NCBI GenBank assembly: GCA_029865885.1
Contig: JARXAK010000217.1
Coordinates: 515-64,514, forward strand
DNA from: Rhizobium sp.
GTDB lineage: Bacteria; Pseudomonadota; Alphaproteobacteria; Rhizobiales; Rhizobiaceae
Length of the DNA stretch: 64,000 bases
Direction of reading: 5' to 3'
Part shown: piece after piece, positions 29,629-39,815 of the stretch
Numbering within the stretch: the first letter of the stretch is position 1
Layout of the letters: each line of letters begins with the position of its first letter
Notes under the pieces: model-generated
What the model was told of the DNA's origin: nothing
Database searches by the model: none
What the model saw: the letters and a program-made list of their open reading frames with translations, nothing else
Program-made: the position numbers and the translations under genes

Positions 29629-30768
29629 ATGCCGATCGTGACGGCTCACCTGTGCAGAGCAAAGCGCTGGCTTGCTGGCCCCGTCATGGCCGCGACCCTT
29701 GTGCTGACAGGCTGCGCCTCCGCCGACATCGGCCTTTTGCAGCCAGTCGCGACGCTGGATGCCGAGAGCCGGCAATTGTCCGTGCTAGCGGTAACCACCC
29801 GCAAGCCTGACGCCGAGAAGAAGGGCTTCCTGTTCGGCCACGAGCGCGACAGCGCCGTGCATTTCGTGCGGTTGACCATGTCGATGCCGAAGAACCGCGA
29901 GGCCGGCACCCTGCCGGTTTCCGCCCGAAATCCAGATCCGAAAACGGAAATCACGCTGCTCAAGTCGACACCGCTGAGCTATGCGGAGTTCAGGGCCGAA
30001 GCGGCACCGCCGATCGATGCCGCACAGAAGGCAACGACGCGCGCGATGATCTTCACCCACGGCTTCAACACCCGGTTCGACCAGGCCGCCGTTCGCTTTG
30101 CGCAGATCATCGAGGATACCGGCTTCGACGGCCGGCCGATCCTGTTCAGCTGGCCCTCCCAGGGCATTCCGACCGGTTATGGCTATGACAAGGATTCCGC
30201 CAATTACAGTCGTGACGCCCTGCAGCAGCTGATCGACGGGTTGGCCCGGGAAAAGAGCCTCGAACGCATCGACATCTTCGCCCATTCCATGGGGACGTGG
30301 CTGACAATGGAGACGCTCCGCCAGATGGCGCTGTCGAAGGACAGGGCGTCGCTGGATCGCATCGGGACCGTGATTCTGGCTGCACCGGACATCGATTTTG
30401 ACGTCTTCCGCACCCAGGTCAGCCAGCTTGGCCCGCTGGCGGGGCGCATCAAGGTCTACGTGTCTGCCGATGACCGTGCGCTGCAGCTGTCGCGCCGCCT
30501 GTTCGGCGGCAAGATCCGCGCCGGCGAGACCACCGACCTTGCCCAGTTCCGCGCGCTCGGCATCGAAGCCCATGACATTTCGCAGGTGAAGGGCGGGTTC
30601 GGCAAGAACCATGGCAAGGCCTTTGGCGATGGCCAGACCATCGCCGGCATTGGCCGCACCCTGTCCAGCACACCGGGCCCGATCTCGTCCAGCCTCCAGC
30701 ATCTCGTCGTCGCCGTGCCGAGGCTCGACGACGCCCTGCTGGTCGCAACCGACCAGAACAATCTTTGA
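29629..30768 (+). CDS. DUF900-type alpha/beta hydrolase lipoprotein
   Basis: Lipobox VLTGC; FTHGFN, FSWPS, AHSMG nucleophile elbow, LAAPDID. Confidence 0.85.
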   Translation: MPIVTAHLCRAKRWLAGPVMAATLVLTGCASADIGLLQPVATLDAESRQLSVLAVTTRKPDAEKKGFLFGHERDSAVHFVRLTMSMPKNREAGTLPVSARNPDPKTEITLLKSTPLSYAEFRAEAAPPIDAAQKATTRAMIFTHGFNTRFDQAAVRFAQIIEDTGFDGRPILFSWPSQGIPTGYGYDKDSANYSRDALQQLIDGLAREKSLERIDIFAHSMGTWLTMETLRQMALSKDRASLDRIGTVILAAPDIDFDVFRTQVSQLGPLAGRIKVYVSADDRALQLSRRLFGGKIRAGETTDLAQFRALGIEAHDISQVKGGFGKNHGKAFGDGQTIAGIGRTLSSTPGPISSSLQHLVVAVPRLDDALLVATDQNNL

Positions 30769-30803
30769 AGCCATTCAGTCTGTCTCAACCGAGGAGAAGT
30801 CGC

Positions 30804-31082
30804 ATGAAAACCCGTCATCTGATCGCTACTGCCCTGTCTCTCAGCCTCGTCGCGCCGCTCGCTGCTTATGCCCAGCAGGAAGTCTTCCTGGCGGCCGACA
30901 AGAATGGTGACACGGAGCTCGATTCCAGCGAGTTCAAGACCTTCATCGACGGCCTGGCCGCTGCTGGAAATCCGATGGCCGGCAAGATCAAGGGGGCAGG
31001 GCGCTACAGTCTGGCCTTCGGGCGCATCGACAAGGACAAGAACGGTCTGCTGACGCCGACGGAACTCGCCGCGCTGAAATGA
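30804..31082 (+). CDS. small secreted EF-hand protein
   Basis: Signal peptide; loops DKNGDTELDSSE and DKDKNGLLTPTE; GAGGAG RBS. Confidence 0.8.
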   Translation: MKTRHLIATALSLSLVAPLAAYAQQEVFLAADKNGDTELDSSEFKTFIDGLAAAGNPMAGKIKGAGRYSLAFGRIDKDKNGLLTPTELAALK

Positions 31083-31116
31083 GACGCTGACGCCCGATCC
31101 GCCCGGAGGCTCCACC

Positions 31117-32226
31117 ATGAACCGCCTGATTGCCGCCGTGGGACTTGCGTCCTGCCTGGTCCTTTCGCCTTGCATAGCGCTTGCCCAGGAGGCGAAGCGC
31201 AAAGTGGTGATCGAAAGGCCTGAGGTCGCCGATATCACCCGATATCTGCAATCGACGGGATCGTTCAGCGCCGTCAACGCCGTCGATCTGGTCGCCCGCG
31301 TCTCCGGCACCCTGCAGGAGGTCCGGTTCCGCGACGGCGATTTCGTCCGCAAGGGCGAAACGATCTTCGTCATCGAGCCCGAGCCCTACCGGATCAGCCT
31401 TTTGACGGCAGAGGCGGATCTGAAGCAGCAGCAGGCCAACCTGGAGCAGGCGCAAGCCAATGCCGCGCGGCAGGAGACCCTGTCGGCCCGGCAGGTCGTT
31501 TCCGAAAGCACGCGCGAAAGCGCCGACACCCAGAAGCGCGTCGCCGAGGCGCAATTGACGGCGGCGGAAGCACGGCTCAGATCCGCCGCCCTCAACCTTT
31601 CCTATACGGAGGTGAAGGCACCGTTCGACGGCATTCTCGGCGCGCGCACCGCCGATCCCGGCGCCTTCGTCAATGCCGCCTCTGCGCCGAAGCTCGCCGT
31701 GTTGATCCAGCCAGATCCGCTTCATCTCAACTTCTCCGCCACGGAGCAGGAGGTGATCCTGATCCGCAAGGCCCTTGCAGGACGCAGGATCAGTCCCGGT
31801 GAGGGCAATCCGATCCGGGTCGAGGCTGCCCTGTCAGAGGGCGGCGGTTACACCTATGCCGGGACGCTCGACTACATCGCCCCGGAGATCGATCGGGCGA
31901 CGGGAACGCTCACGCTTCGGGCGCTTTTCCCCAATCCGGACCGTTTCCTGTCCTCCGGCATGTTTGCAAGAGCGCGCATCCCGCTCGACACCCGCCGTGT
32001 CGTCACGATCCCCGAACGGGCGATTGCCAGCCTGCAGGGCACCTACAGCGTGCTCGTGGTGGATGAGGGCGGCGTAGTCCAGCAGCGCAAGGTGACCCTC
32101 GGCGACAAAACACCCGATGGCCGGCGCGAAATCCTTTCCGGAATCAGTGAAGCGGATCGGGTCGTAACACTCGGCCTCGGGGGCTTACGTCCCGGCGAGA
32201 CCGTCGAGATCGTCGACCAGATCTGA
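31117..32226 (+). CDS. RND efflux periplasmic adaptor subunit
   Basis: ARVSG.L..V.F.DG..V.KG, coiled-coil hairpin, LSYTEVKAPFDG. Confidence 0.92.
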   Translation: MNRLIAAVGLASCLVLSPCIALAQEAKRKVVIERPEVADITRYLQSTGSFSAVNAVDLVARVSGTLQEVRFRDGDFVRKGETIFVIEPEPYRISLLTAEADLKQQQANLEQAQANAARQETLSARQVVSESTRESADTQKRVAEAQLTAAEARLRSAALNLSYTEVKAPFDGILGARTADPGAFVNAASAPKLAVLIQPDPLHLNFSATEQEVILIRKALAGRRISPGEGNPIRVEAALSEGGGYTYAGTLDYIAPEIDRATGTLTLRALFPNPDRFLSSGMFARARIPLDTRRVVTIPERAIASLQGTYSVLVVDEGGVVQQRKVTLGDKTPDGRREILSGISEADRVVTLGLGGLRPGETVEIVDQI

Positions 32227-32259
32227 CAATCCTAGAACAGCCCCACAGGGAGCGCCGCA

Positions 32260-35200
32260 ATGGCCCGATATTTTATCGATCGCCCGGTTCTGGCCAATGT
32301 CATCGCCATCCTGACGATCATTCTGGGGCTGGTGGCCCTTCTGCGCCTGCCGGTCGCACAATATCCAAACGTCGTGCCGCCTTCGATCCAGGTGTCGGCG
32401 CGTTATCCCGGCGCCAATGCCGAAACCATCGTCCAGGATGTCGCGCTGCCGATCGAAAGCCGCGTCAACGGCGTCGAGGGCATGCTCTATATGCAATCGA
32501 CGGCGACCAGCGACGGCGCCTACACACTCACCGTCACCTTTGCCATCGGCACCGATCCCGACGAGGCGCAGATCCTGGTGCAGAACCGCGTGGCCGGTGC
32601 CGTGCCGCTTCTGCCGGATGCCGTCCAGACGCAGGGTGTGCAGACCGCCAAGCGCTCCACCTCCATCCTCGCGATCGTGGCGCTGACATCCGACAATCCC
32701 GACCATGACAGCCTGTTCATGGCCAATTACGGCACGATCAGCCTGGTCGACGAGATCGCCCGCGTGCCGGGCATTGGCGCGGTCAACGTCTTCGGCTCGG
32801 GCAGCTATGCGGTGCGCATCTGGATGGACCCGCAGAAGATGGCGGCCCGCAGCCTCGTGCCCTCCGATGTCATGTCCGCCATCCGCCAGCAGAGCCGCAC
32901 TTCCTCTGCCGGTCAGCTGGCGCTTCCTCCGGTGCCTGCGGGGCAGGAATTCCAGTATACGCTGAAACTCGCCTCGAAGCTGGAAGACGTGCAGGATTTC
33001 TCCAGCATCATCCTGAAGGTCAGCGAGCGGGGCGAGATGGTCCGGCTGGGCGATGTGGCGCGCATCGAGCTCGGCGCGCAGCAATACAGCCAGCAATTTG
33101 CCATCGACGGGAAGCCTGCGGCAGGCCTTGCTCTGTTTCTTCTGCCGGATGCCAATGCGCTGGAGACGATTGCGGCGGTCAAGGCCCGGATGTCGGAACT
33201 GTCGGCGCAGTTTCCGCAGGGGCTCAGCTATTCCGTGCCCTTCGACACCACGCTCTTCGTCTCCGCGGCCATCGGCGATGTCTATAAAACCCTGATCGAA
33301 GCGGCATTTCTCGTGCTGCTCGTCATTCTGCTTTTCCTGCAGAACTGGCGGGCGACGCTGGTGCCCGCGACAACCGTGCCGGTGACCATCATCGGCGCCT
33401 TTGCGGCGCTGGCTCTGTTCGGCTTCTCGATCAATCTCTCGACGCTGTTTGCCATCATCCTCGCCATCGGCATCGTCGTCGATGACGCGATCGTCGTGGT
33501 CGAGGCTGCCGCCAAACACATCGAGGCGGGGATCGCCCCGCGCGAGGCCGCCGCACGCGCCATGGACGAGCTGTTCGGCCCGATCATCGGCATCACGCTT
33601 GTGCTGCTCGCCGTCTTCCTGCCGGCCTCCTTCCTGCCGGGCTTGAGCGGCGAAATGTACCGGCAGTTCTCGCTGGTGATTGCGGCCACCGCCTTGATCA
33701 GCGCCGTCAACGCCGTGACACTGAAGCCGACGCAATGTGCGCTCTGGCTGAAGCCGCATGTCAAAGACCAGCGCAAGAACATCATCTATCGCGGCTTCGA
33801 CGTTGTCTATGGCGGGCTGGAGCGCCTTTATGTCCGCCTGATCCGCCGCATGCTCGACTTCAGCCTCATCCTCTCGGTTCTGGCACTGCTGTTGGCAGGC
33901 CTTGCGGTGGCGCTGCTGGCCCGTGTTCCCACCGCCTTCCTGCCGATTGAGGACCAGGGCTATTTCCTGGTATCGGTGCAGCTTCCGGAAGGGGCATCGC
34001 TTGAGCGAACGGCAACGGCGCTTGAGGATGTGCGGCGGCGCGTCGAGGATATGGAGGCCGTCGACACGGTCATTGCGATCAGCGGTCTGTCCGCCCTGAA
34101 TGGCAATGCCAGCCTCGCCAATGCCGGTGTCGCCTATGTCATCCTGAAGGACTGGAGCGTCCGGGCCGAAGGCGAGGATCTCCTGTCGCTCTACACCGCG
34201 CTGCGGCAGAGGCTCAGCACTCTGCCCGACGGGCAGGCCCTGGTCCTGCCTCCGCCGCCGATCCAGGGGATCGGCAATGCCGCCGGTTTTGCGCTGCAGA
34301 TCCAGTCCCGCGACGGCGGTTTCGACTACGAGCGTCTCGCCGAGGTGGGGGCGACCGTTGCAAGGACCGCCGCCAGCGACCCAACTTTTCGCGAGGCCTT
34401 CAGCCCGTTTCGGGCCGATGCGCCGCAATATGCAGTGCTTATCGACCGGGTGAAGGCGCAGACCCGCAATGTCGACGTCGGCCAGGCCTATGATACGGTC
34501 GGCCAGTATATCGGCTCGTCCTATGCCGGGCAGATCAACCTGTTCGGGCGCGTCTTCCAGGTCTATGTGCAGGCGGATGCCGAGCGGCGCATCAGCATCT
34601 CGGATCTCGAACAGCTGCGCCTGCGCAGCGCCACCGGCCAGATGGTGCCGCTCGGCGCGATCGCCGAAATCGAGGCCGTGACCGGGCCGGCACTGGTCAG
34701 CCTCTACAATCTCTATCCTTCCGCCCAGATCATCGGATCGCAGGCGGCCGGCTTTTCGACCGGACAGGCCCTGGATCGCCTGGACGAGATTACCAAAGAC
34801 CTGCTGCCGGGCGGCTTTTCCAAGGAGTGGACGGCAGTCTCCTACCAGGAACGTTTGCTGGGTGGGCAGATCTATATCGTCTATGCGCTCAGCCTTCTCC
34901 TGGTCTACATCGTGCTTGCCGGGCAGTATGAAAGCTGGTTTGCGCCGATCAGCATCATCGCCACCGTGCCGCTTGCGCTGATCGGCACCGCGCTGACGCT
35001 GCTCGCCGTCAATGCATCGGTCAATCTCTATACGCAGATCGGCCTCGTCCTGCTGATCGCCTTGTCTGCCAAGAACGCCATCCTGATCGTCGAGACGGCA
35101 CGGCACCTGCGCTTCAAGGACGGGCGCAGCATTACAGAGGCGGCGCTCGAAGCTGCCGGGTCGCGCTTCCGTCCGATCCTGATGACGTCGATTGCCTTCA

Positions 35201-35391
35201 TTCTCGGCGTTGTGCCGCTGGTCCTGCAGACGGGCGCCGGCGCCAGCGCCCAGAAGTCGATCGGCATCGCCGTGCTCACCGGCATGCTCGGCTCCACCTG
35301 CCTCACCGTCGTCTTTGTGCCCCCGTTCTTCGTCGTCCTGCAGCGGATCGAAGAATTCTTCCGTAAGTCTCCCGCGTCGCGATCGCCCTGA
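32260..35391 (+). CDS. RND efflux permease (HAE1, AcrB/MexF-like)
   Basis: FIDRPVLA, GIVVDDAIVVVE, AKNAILIVE, RFRPILMTS. Confidence 0.96.
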   Translation: MARYFIDRPVLANVIAILTIILGLVALLRLPVAQYPNVVPPSIQVSARYPGANAETIVQDVALPIESRVNGVEGMLYMQSTATSDGAYTLTVTFAIGTDPDEAQILVQNRVAGAVPLLPDAVQTQGVQTAKRSTSILAIVALTSDNPDHDSLFMANYGTISLVDEIARVPGIGAVNVFGSGSYAVRIWMDPQKMAARSLVPSDVMSAIRQQSRTSSAGQLALPPVPAGQEFQYTLKLASKLEDVQDFSSIILKVSERGEMVRLGDVARIELGAQQYSQQFAIDGKPAAGLALFLLPDANALETIAAVKARMSELSAQFPQGLSYSVPFDTTLFVSAAIGDVYKTLIEAAFLVLLVILLFLQNWRATLVPATTVPVTIIGAFAALALFGFSINLSTLFAIILAIGIVVDDAIVVVEAAAKHIEAGIAPREAAARAMDELFGPIIGITLVLLAVFLPASFLPGLSGEMYRQFSLVIAATALISAVNAVTLKPTQCALWLKPHVKDQRKNIIYRGFDVVYGGLERLYVRLIRRMLDFSLILSVLALLLAGLAVALLARVPTAFLPIEDQGYFLVSVQLPEGASLERTATALEDVRRRVEDMEAVDTVIAISGLSALNGNASLANAGVAYVILKDWSVRAEGEDLLSLYTALRQRLSTLPDGQALVLPPPPIQGIGNAAGFALQIQSRDGGFDYERLAEVGATVARTAASDPTFREAFSPFRADAPQYAVLIDRVKAQTRNVDVGQAYDTVGQYIGSSYAGQINLFGRVFQVYVQADAERRISISDLEQLRLRSATGQMVPLGAIAEIEAVTGPALVSLYNLYPSAQIIGSQAAGFSTGQALDRLDEITKDLLPGGFSKEWTAVSYQERLLGGQIYIVYALSLLLVYIVLAGQYESWFAPISIIATVPLALIGTALTLLAVNASVNLYTQIGLVLLIALSAKNAILIVETARHLRFKDGRSITEAALEAAGSRFRPILMTSIAFILGVVPLVLQTGAGASAQKSIGIAVLTGMLGSTCLTVVFVPPFFVVLQRIEEFFRKSPASRSP

Positions 35392-35860
35392 TGAAGCAAG
35401 AGAAAACCGCGCTCATGGTGAACCCCAGCCGGCTCGATCCCGCCCCTTTTCACTTGGATCGCGCGCCATTCGTCGAAGCATTTCCTGTTGAACGATATCA
35501 TCCACGCCGCGCGTGACGACAACGAACTTCAATTGGAAGGGCTGGACGAAATTCCATAGGCCTTCGAGATTGGGGGCCTCCTGGGACCCAGCAAGACGCG
35601 GATGGAGACAATCGAGCATGACTTCATCTCGCTGAAGGGCGGTTCCCTTCTTGAGGCTTCTTTGATCACAATCCGAGGGATATTCGCCCTTCGATCTTCT
35701 CATCGGATCTTTGGTTGACCGTTGCGAACTGGCGGTCATTCATGTCGCTACAGCGATGTCAGCGAGTGCTGCTCGCCGGACCCAAGCGGGATCTGACAGT
35801 CTTGTCTATTTTATGTACAAGACTCATCCTTGACACTTTTTTAGGCTTGCCTTACCCCTT

Positions 35861-35876
35861 TAAACCAATTGGTAAA
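35861..35876. promoter_or_regulatory. RutR/PydR-like operator TAAACCAATTGGTAAA
   Basis: ACCA-N2-TGGT core as in RutR boxes; lies downstream of TTGACA (35830) and upstream of a nucleoside-type ABC operon. Confidence 0.45.
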
Positions 35877-35893
35877 AAAATGGGGAACCGCCA

Positions 35894-36880
35894 ATGTCCA
35901 GAGAGATCCTGATCTCCCGGCGCAGCATTCTTGCGTCGGGTCTTGCCCTGTGTGCATCGACTTTCATTCCCGCAGCGCGCGCTGCGGCACCGATCAAGGT
36001 GGCCGGTATTCACGGTTCGCCCGTTGAAAATGCTTGGAATTCTGTACTCCACAAGGCCCTGCAGGATGCGGCGGCTGAAGGGGCGATCGAATATGTCTTC
36101 TCCGAAGGCGTGTCCGGCACCGACTATCCGCGCGCCATGCGCGAATATGCCGAGCAGGGCGCTAAACTGATTATCGGCGAGACCTTCCCCGTCGAGAAAC
36201 AGGCACGCGAAGTCGCGGTGGATTATCCCGACACAGCCTTTGTCATGGGCTCGAGCGGCCAGCAGTCGGGCGACAATTTCGGCGTTTTCGGCACCTGGAA
36301 CTTCGACGGTGCCTATCTGGCCGGCATGCTGGCCGGCAAGATGACCAAGTCGAACGTCGTCGGCTCGGTCGGCGCCATGCCGATCCCGGAAGTCAACATG
36401 CTGATCAATGCCTTCGCCGCCGGCGTGAAGGCGGTCAATCCCGACGCCAAGCATCTCGTCACCTTCATCGGCACCTTCTTCGACCCGCCAAAGGCGCGCG
36501 AGGCTGGTCTTGCCCAGATCGATGCCGGTGCCGACATTCTCTTCGGCGAGCGCATCGGTACGGCCGATGCGGCCAAGGAGCGCGGCATCAAGTCGATCGG
36601 TTCGCTGATCGACTATACCCCGCGTTACCCGGAAACGGTCTTCGCCAACGCGCTGTGGAACTTCCGCCCGATCCTCAACGCTGCGATCGCGGACGTTGCC
36701 GCCGGCAAGCCGACCGGTCGCGACTACACCGCCTATGGCCTGATGAAGGAAGGCGGCAGCGACATCCTCTACGTCAAGGGTGTGGCGCCTGCCGATGCCG
36801 AAGCAGCGATGGAGGCCAAGCGGGCCGAGATCAAGGCCGGCACGTTTGAGGTTCCGAAGGTGATGGACGAGCCGAAGTAA
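35894..36880 (+). CDS. BMP-family ABC substrate-binding protein (nucleoside/nucleobase)
   Basis: Tat-like SRRSIL signal; BMP motifs (GAYLAGMLAGKMTKS, FFDPPKAREA). Confidence 0.88.
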   Translation: MSREILISRRSILASGLALCASTFIPAARAAAPIKVAGIHGSPVENAWNSVLHKALQDAAAEGAIEYVFSEGVSGTDYPRAMREYAEQGAKLIIGETFPVEKQAREVAVDYPDTAFVMGSSGQQSGDNFGVFGTWNFDGAYLAGMLAGKMTKSNVVGSVGAMPIPEVNMLINAFAAGVKAVNPDAKHLVTFIGTFFDPPKAREAGLAQIDAGADILFGERIGTADAAKERGIKSIGSLIDYTPRYPETVFANALWNFRPILNAAIADVAAGKPTGRDYTAYGLMKEGGSDILYVKGVAPADAEAAMEAKRAEIKAGTFEVPKVMDEPK

Positions 36881-36888
36881 GCCCGTCC

Positions 36889-38298
36889 ATGCGTTCAGAC
36901 GCAACGGATCTGGCAGAGGCGATCGGCTCGGGTCGCCTCTGCGCCGTCGAGGCCATGCAGGCGGCCCTGGCCTCTGCGGACCGATACCAGGACCTCGGCG
37001 CCATCGCCTATCTCGATGAAGAGCGGGGGCTGGAAGCGGCTCATGCTTTCGACGCCCTATCGATTGATGACCCTGAAAAGCGCGCGATGGCCTTCGGCGG
37101 TGTACCGACTTTGGCCAAGGATCTCGGCGGTCCATTCGCCGGCTTCCCGGTCGCGGCCGGCTCTCGGCTCATCGGGCGTCGCGGCGGTCAGGTCGATTCC
37201 GATCTTGCCGAACGGTTCCGCGCCACGGGCCTCTGTCTCTTTGGCCTGACCACCAGCCCCGAATTCGGTCTGTCGCTTGCAAGCGAACCAAAGATCGGCC
37301 CGATTGCCCGCAATCCGCTCGCCCCCGCTCTGTCCGCCGGTGGCTCGTCCGGCGGAGCGGCGGCAGCCGTTGCGGCGGGGATCGTGTCGATCGCCCATGC
37401 CACCGATGCCGGTGGCTCCATCCGGGTGCCGGCGGCCTGTTGTGGCTTGGTCGGTCTCAAACCCAGCCGTGGCCTGATGCCGGCCGGCCCGCATTTTGGC
37501 AATCACTTGGGCGGCATCGCGACTGAACTCGCCGTCTGCCGTTCGGTGCGCGATACGAGGGCCATTCTGGCTGCGCTTGCGGGTGATGCCTGCGGTCCCT
37601 TTCCACCGGTCGCGCTTGCGGAAGCGCCCACAGGGCGGATGCGCATCGGTGTCCTCACCGAGACCGGAGCCGACCATCCGACCCGGCTTGAGCGGTCTGC
37701 GGTGATCGAGGAGGCCGCGCGCCGCCTCGAAGGCGACGGCCATGTTCTGGTGCCGGTCGCTTTCAGTCAGATCGAAGCCATCGCTGCAATCAGCCGCCAG
37801 GCCTTCGTCGATATCGTCTGCATCAATCTCGCCGAGACGATCACGCGCTTCGATCTCGATGCCGCGCTGACCGAGCGCCTCACCCAGGCGGTGATCGAGC
37901 GGGGGCTTTCGTTGTCGGCCCGTAGCCTCTGGCAGAGCCTCAATGCCATGGTGCTGGTCAGCCGTGATCTGTGGCGGCTGTTCGATGGCCTGGACTGCCT
38001 GATTGCGCCGATGCTTGCCTCGGCACCACTGCCGATTGGCAGCTTTCCGAGCGATCATGCCGACACCGACCTGCATTTCGAGCGCATGGCAGCCTTTGCA
38101 CCGCTGGCGGCGCTGGGCAATGCCTCCGGCTTCCCGGCGATCACGCTGCCATTTGGGGCTGACGAAGACGGGCTGCCCTTGCCGGTGCAGATGATCGCCC
38201 CGATGGGGGCGGATGCCTTCCTCTTGCGGCTCGCCGCGGTGCTGGAGCAGGATTGCCGTTGGCAGCATCGCTTTCCCGTCGCAGGATTGCACGCATGA
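36889..38298 (+). CDS. amidase-signature enzyme
   Basis: LAKD, GGSSGG and DAGGSIRVPAACCG (Ser-cisSer-Lys triad). Confidence 0.92.
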   Translation: MRSDATDLAEAIGSGRLCAVEAMQAALASADRYQDLGAIAYLDEERGLEAAHAFDALSIDDPEKRAMAFGGVPTLAKDLGGPFAGFPVAAGSRLIGRRGGQVDSDLAERFRATGLCLFGLTTSPEFGLSLASEPKIGPIARNPLAPALSAGGSSGGAAAAVAAGIVSIAHATDAGGSIRVPAACCGLVGLKPSRGLMPAGPHFGNHLGGIATELAVCRSVRDTRAILAALAGDACGPFPPVALAEAPTGRMRIGVLTETGADHPTRLERSAVIEEAARRLEGDGHVLVPVAFSQIEAIAAISRQAFVDIVCINLAETITRFDLDAALTERLTQAVIERGLSLSARSLWQSLNAMVLVSRDLWRLFDGLDCLIAPMLASAPLPIGSFPSDHADTDLHFERMAAFAPLAALGNASGFPAITLPFGADEDGLPLPVQMIAPMGADAFLLRLAAVLEQDCRWQHRFPVAGLHA

Positions 38299-39815
38299 AC
38301 ACACCCGTTCTCGAAATATCAGGTGTCAGCAAGCGTTTTGGCCAGACGCTCGCCAATGACGACATATCGCTCAGCCTCGGCAAAGGCGAAATTGTCGCCC
38401 TTCTCGGCGAAAACGGTGCCGGCAAGACGACACTGATGAGCATCCTGTTCGGCCACTATGTTCCGGATACCGGCCATGTGCGCGTCGATGGCCGCGACTT
38501 GGCGCCAGGCAAGCCGCGTGCCGCGATCCGTGCCGGCATCGGCATGGTCCACCAGCATTTCTCGCTCGCGCCGAACCTGACTGTCCTGGAGAATGTCACG
38601 ACCGGAACCGAAAGCCTCTGGTCGCTCCGGTCTCGTCGGACGCAGGCCCGCGCCCGGTTGCTCTCGATCGCCGAACGCTTCGGCCTGAAGGTCGATCCGG
38701 ATGCCCGCCTCGGCGATCTCTCGGTCGGCGAACAGCAACGGGTGGAGATCCTGAAGGCGCTCTATAACGATGCCCGGATTTTGGTGCTCGACGAGCCGAC
38801 AGCCGTCCTGACCCAGATCGAGGCAGAGCGGCTCTTTGCAACGCTGAAGGACATGGCCGCTCAGGGCCTCTCGCTGATTTTCATATCGCACAAGCTGGAC
38901 GAGGTGATGTCGACGGCTGACCGTATCGTGGTCCTGCGCGGTGGGCGGCATGTCGCTGAACGTCTGGCCGCTGAGACGAACAAGGCCGAGCTTGCCGAAC
39001 TCATGGTCGGGCGCACCGTTACGCGGCCGGTGCGGGAGCCCTCCACGCCCGGCGATATCGTGCTTGAGGCCGCTGCCGTCACCGTCCGTGTCGGCGGGGT
39101 GGACCGGTTGAAGGCAATCGACTTCCGGCTGCGGGCCGGCGAAGTGCTCGGCATCATCGGTGTGTCCGGCAATGGTCAGGCGAACCTCGCCCAGCTGCTC
39201 TCCGGCACGCTGGCAAGGACCTCCGGTGACCTGCTGCTGTTCGGCGAGGCGGTCGGCGCTCTCTCGGTCGCTGATGTTGTGGCGCAGGGCATCGGCCGTA
39301 TTCCCGAGGACCGCAACAAGGACGGCGTGATCGGTGAAATGGCGATCTGGGAAAATGTCGTGCTCGAACGCCTGGCGGATTTTTCCAGAAACGGTCTGGT
39401 GCAGCGCGCTGCCGGCAAGGCGCTTGCCCAGCGCGTGATCGACCAGTTCGACGTGCGTGGCGGCAGCCCGGCAAGCCGCATCCGGCTTTTGTCTGGCGGC
39501 AACATGCAGAAGCTGATCCTCGGCCGCAACCTGATCAACCGTCCGCGCATCCTGCTTGCGGCCCAACCGGCCCGCGGGCTCGACGAGGGGGCCGTGGCAG
39601 CCGTGCATGAACGCATCCTGGAGGCCCGGCGGCAGGGTACGGCTGTTCTGTTGATATCCGAGGATCTCGACGAGGTCATGGCGCTTGCCGATCGCATCCA
39701 GGCGATCGTTGGAGGACGGCTTTCGCCGCCGATCCCGGCAGAGGAAGCTTCGGCGCGCCGGCTTGGCCTGATGATGTCAGGTGAATGGGAAAAAGAGGTC
39801 GTCCATGCGGTTTGA
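38295..39815 (+). CDS. ABC transporter ATP-binding protein (double domain, CUT2/Nup-type)
   Basis: GENGAGKT, LSVGEQQR, LSGGNMQK. Confidence 0.94.
   Translation: MNTPVLEISGVSKRFGQTLANDDISLSLGKGEIVALLGENGAGKTTLMSILFGHYVPDTGHVRVDGRDLAPGKPRAAIRAGIGMVHQHFSLAPNLTVLENVTTGTESLWSLRSRRTQARARLLSIAERFGLKVDPDARLGDLSVGEQQRVEILKALYNDARILVLDEPTAVLTQIEAERLFATLKDMAAQGLSLIFISHKLDEVMSTADRIVVLRGGRHVAERLAAETNKAELAELMVGRTVTRPVREPSTPGDIVLEAAAVTVRVGGVDRLKAIDFRLRAGEVLGIIGVSGNGQANLAQLLSGTLARTSGDLLLFGEAVGALSVADVVAQGIGRIPEDRNKDGVIGEMAIWENVVLERLADFSRNGLVQRAAGKALAQRVIDQFDVRGGSPASRIRLLSGGNMQKLILGRNLINRPRILLAAQPARGLDEGAVAAVHERILEARRQGTAVLLISEDLDEVMALADRIQAIVGGRLSPPIPAEEASARRLGLMMSGEWEKEVVHAV

Noticed and set aside
32185-35106. 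973-aa minus-strand ORF and similar long antisense ORFs (e.g. 10662..12497, 25342..26985, 1877..3163)
   Set aside because: Shadow frames of well-supported genes in high-GC DNA; no recognisable motifs
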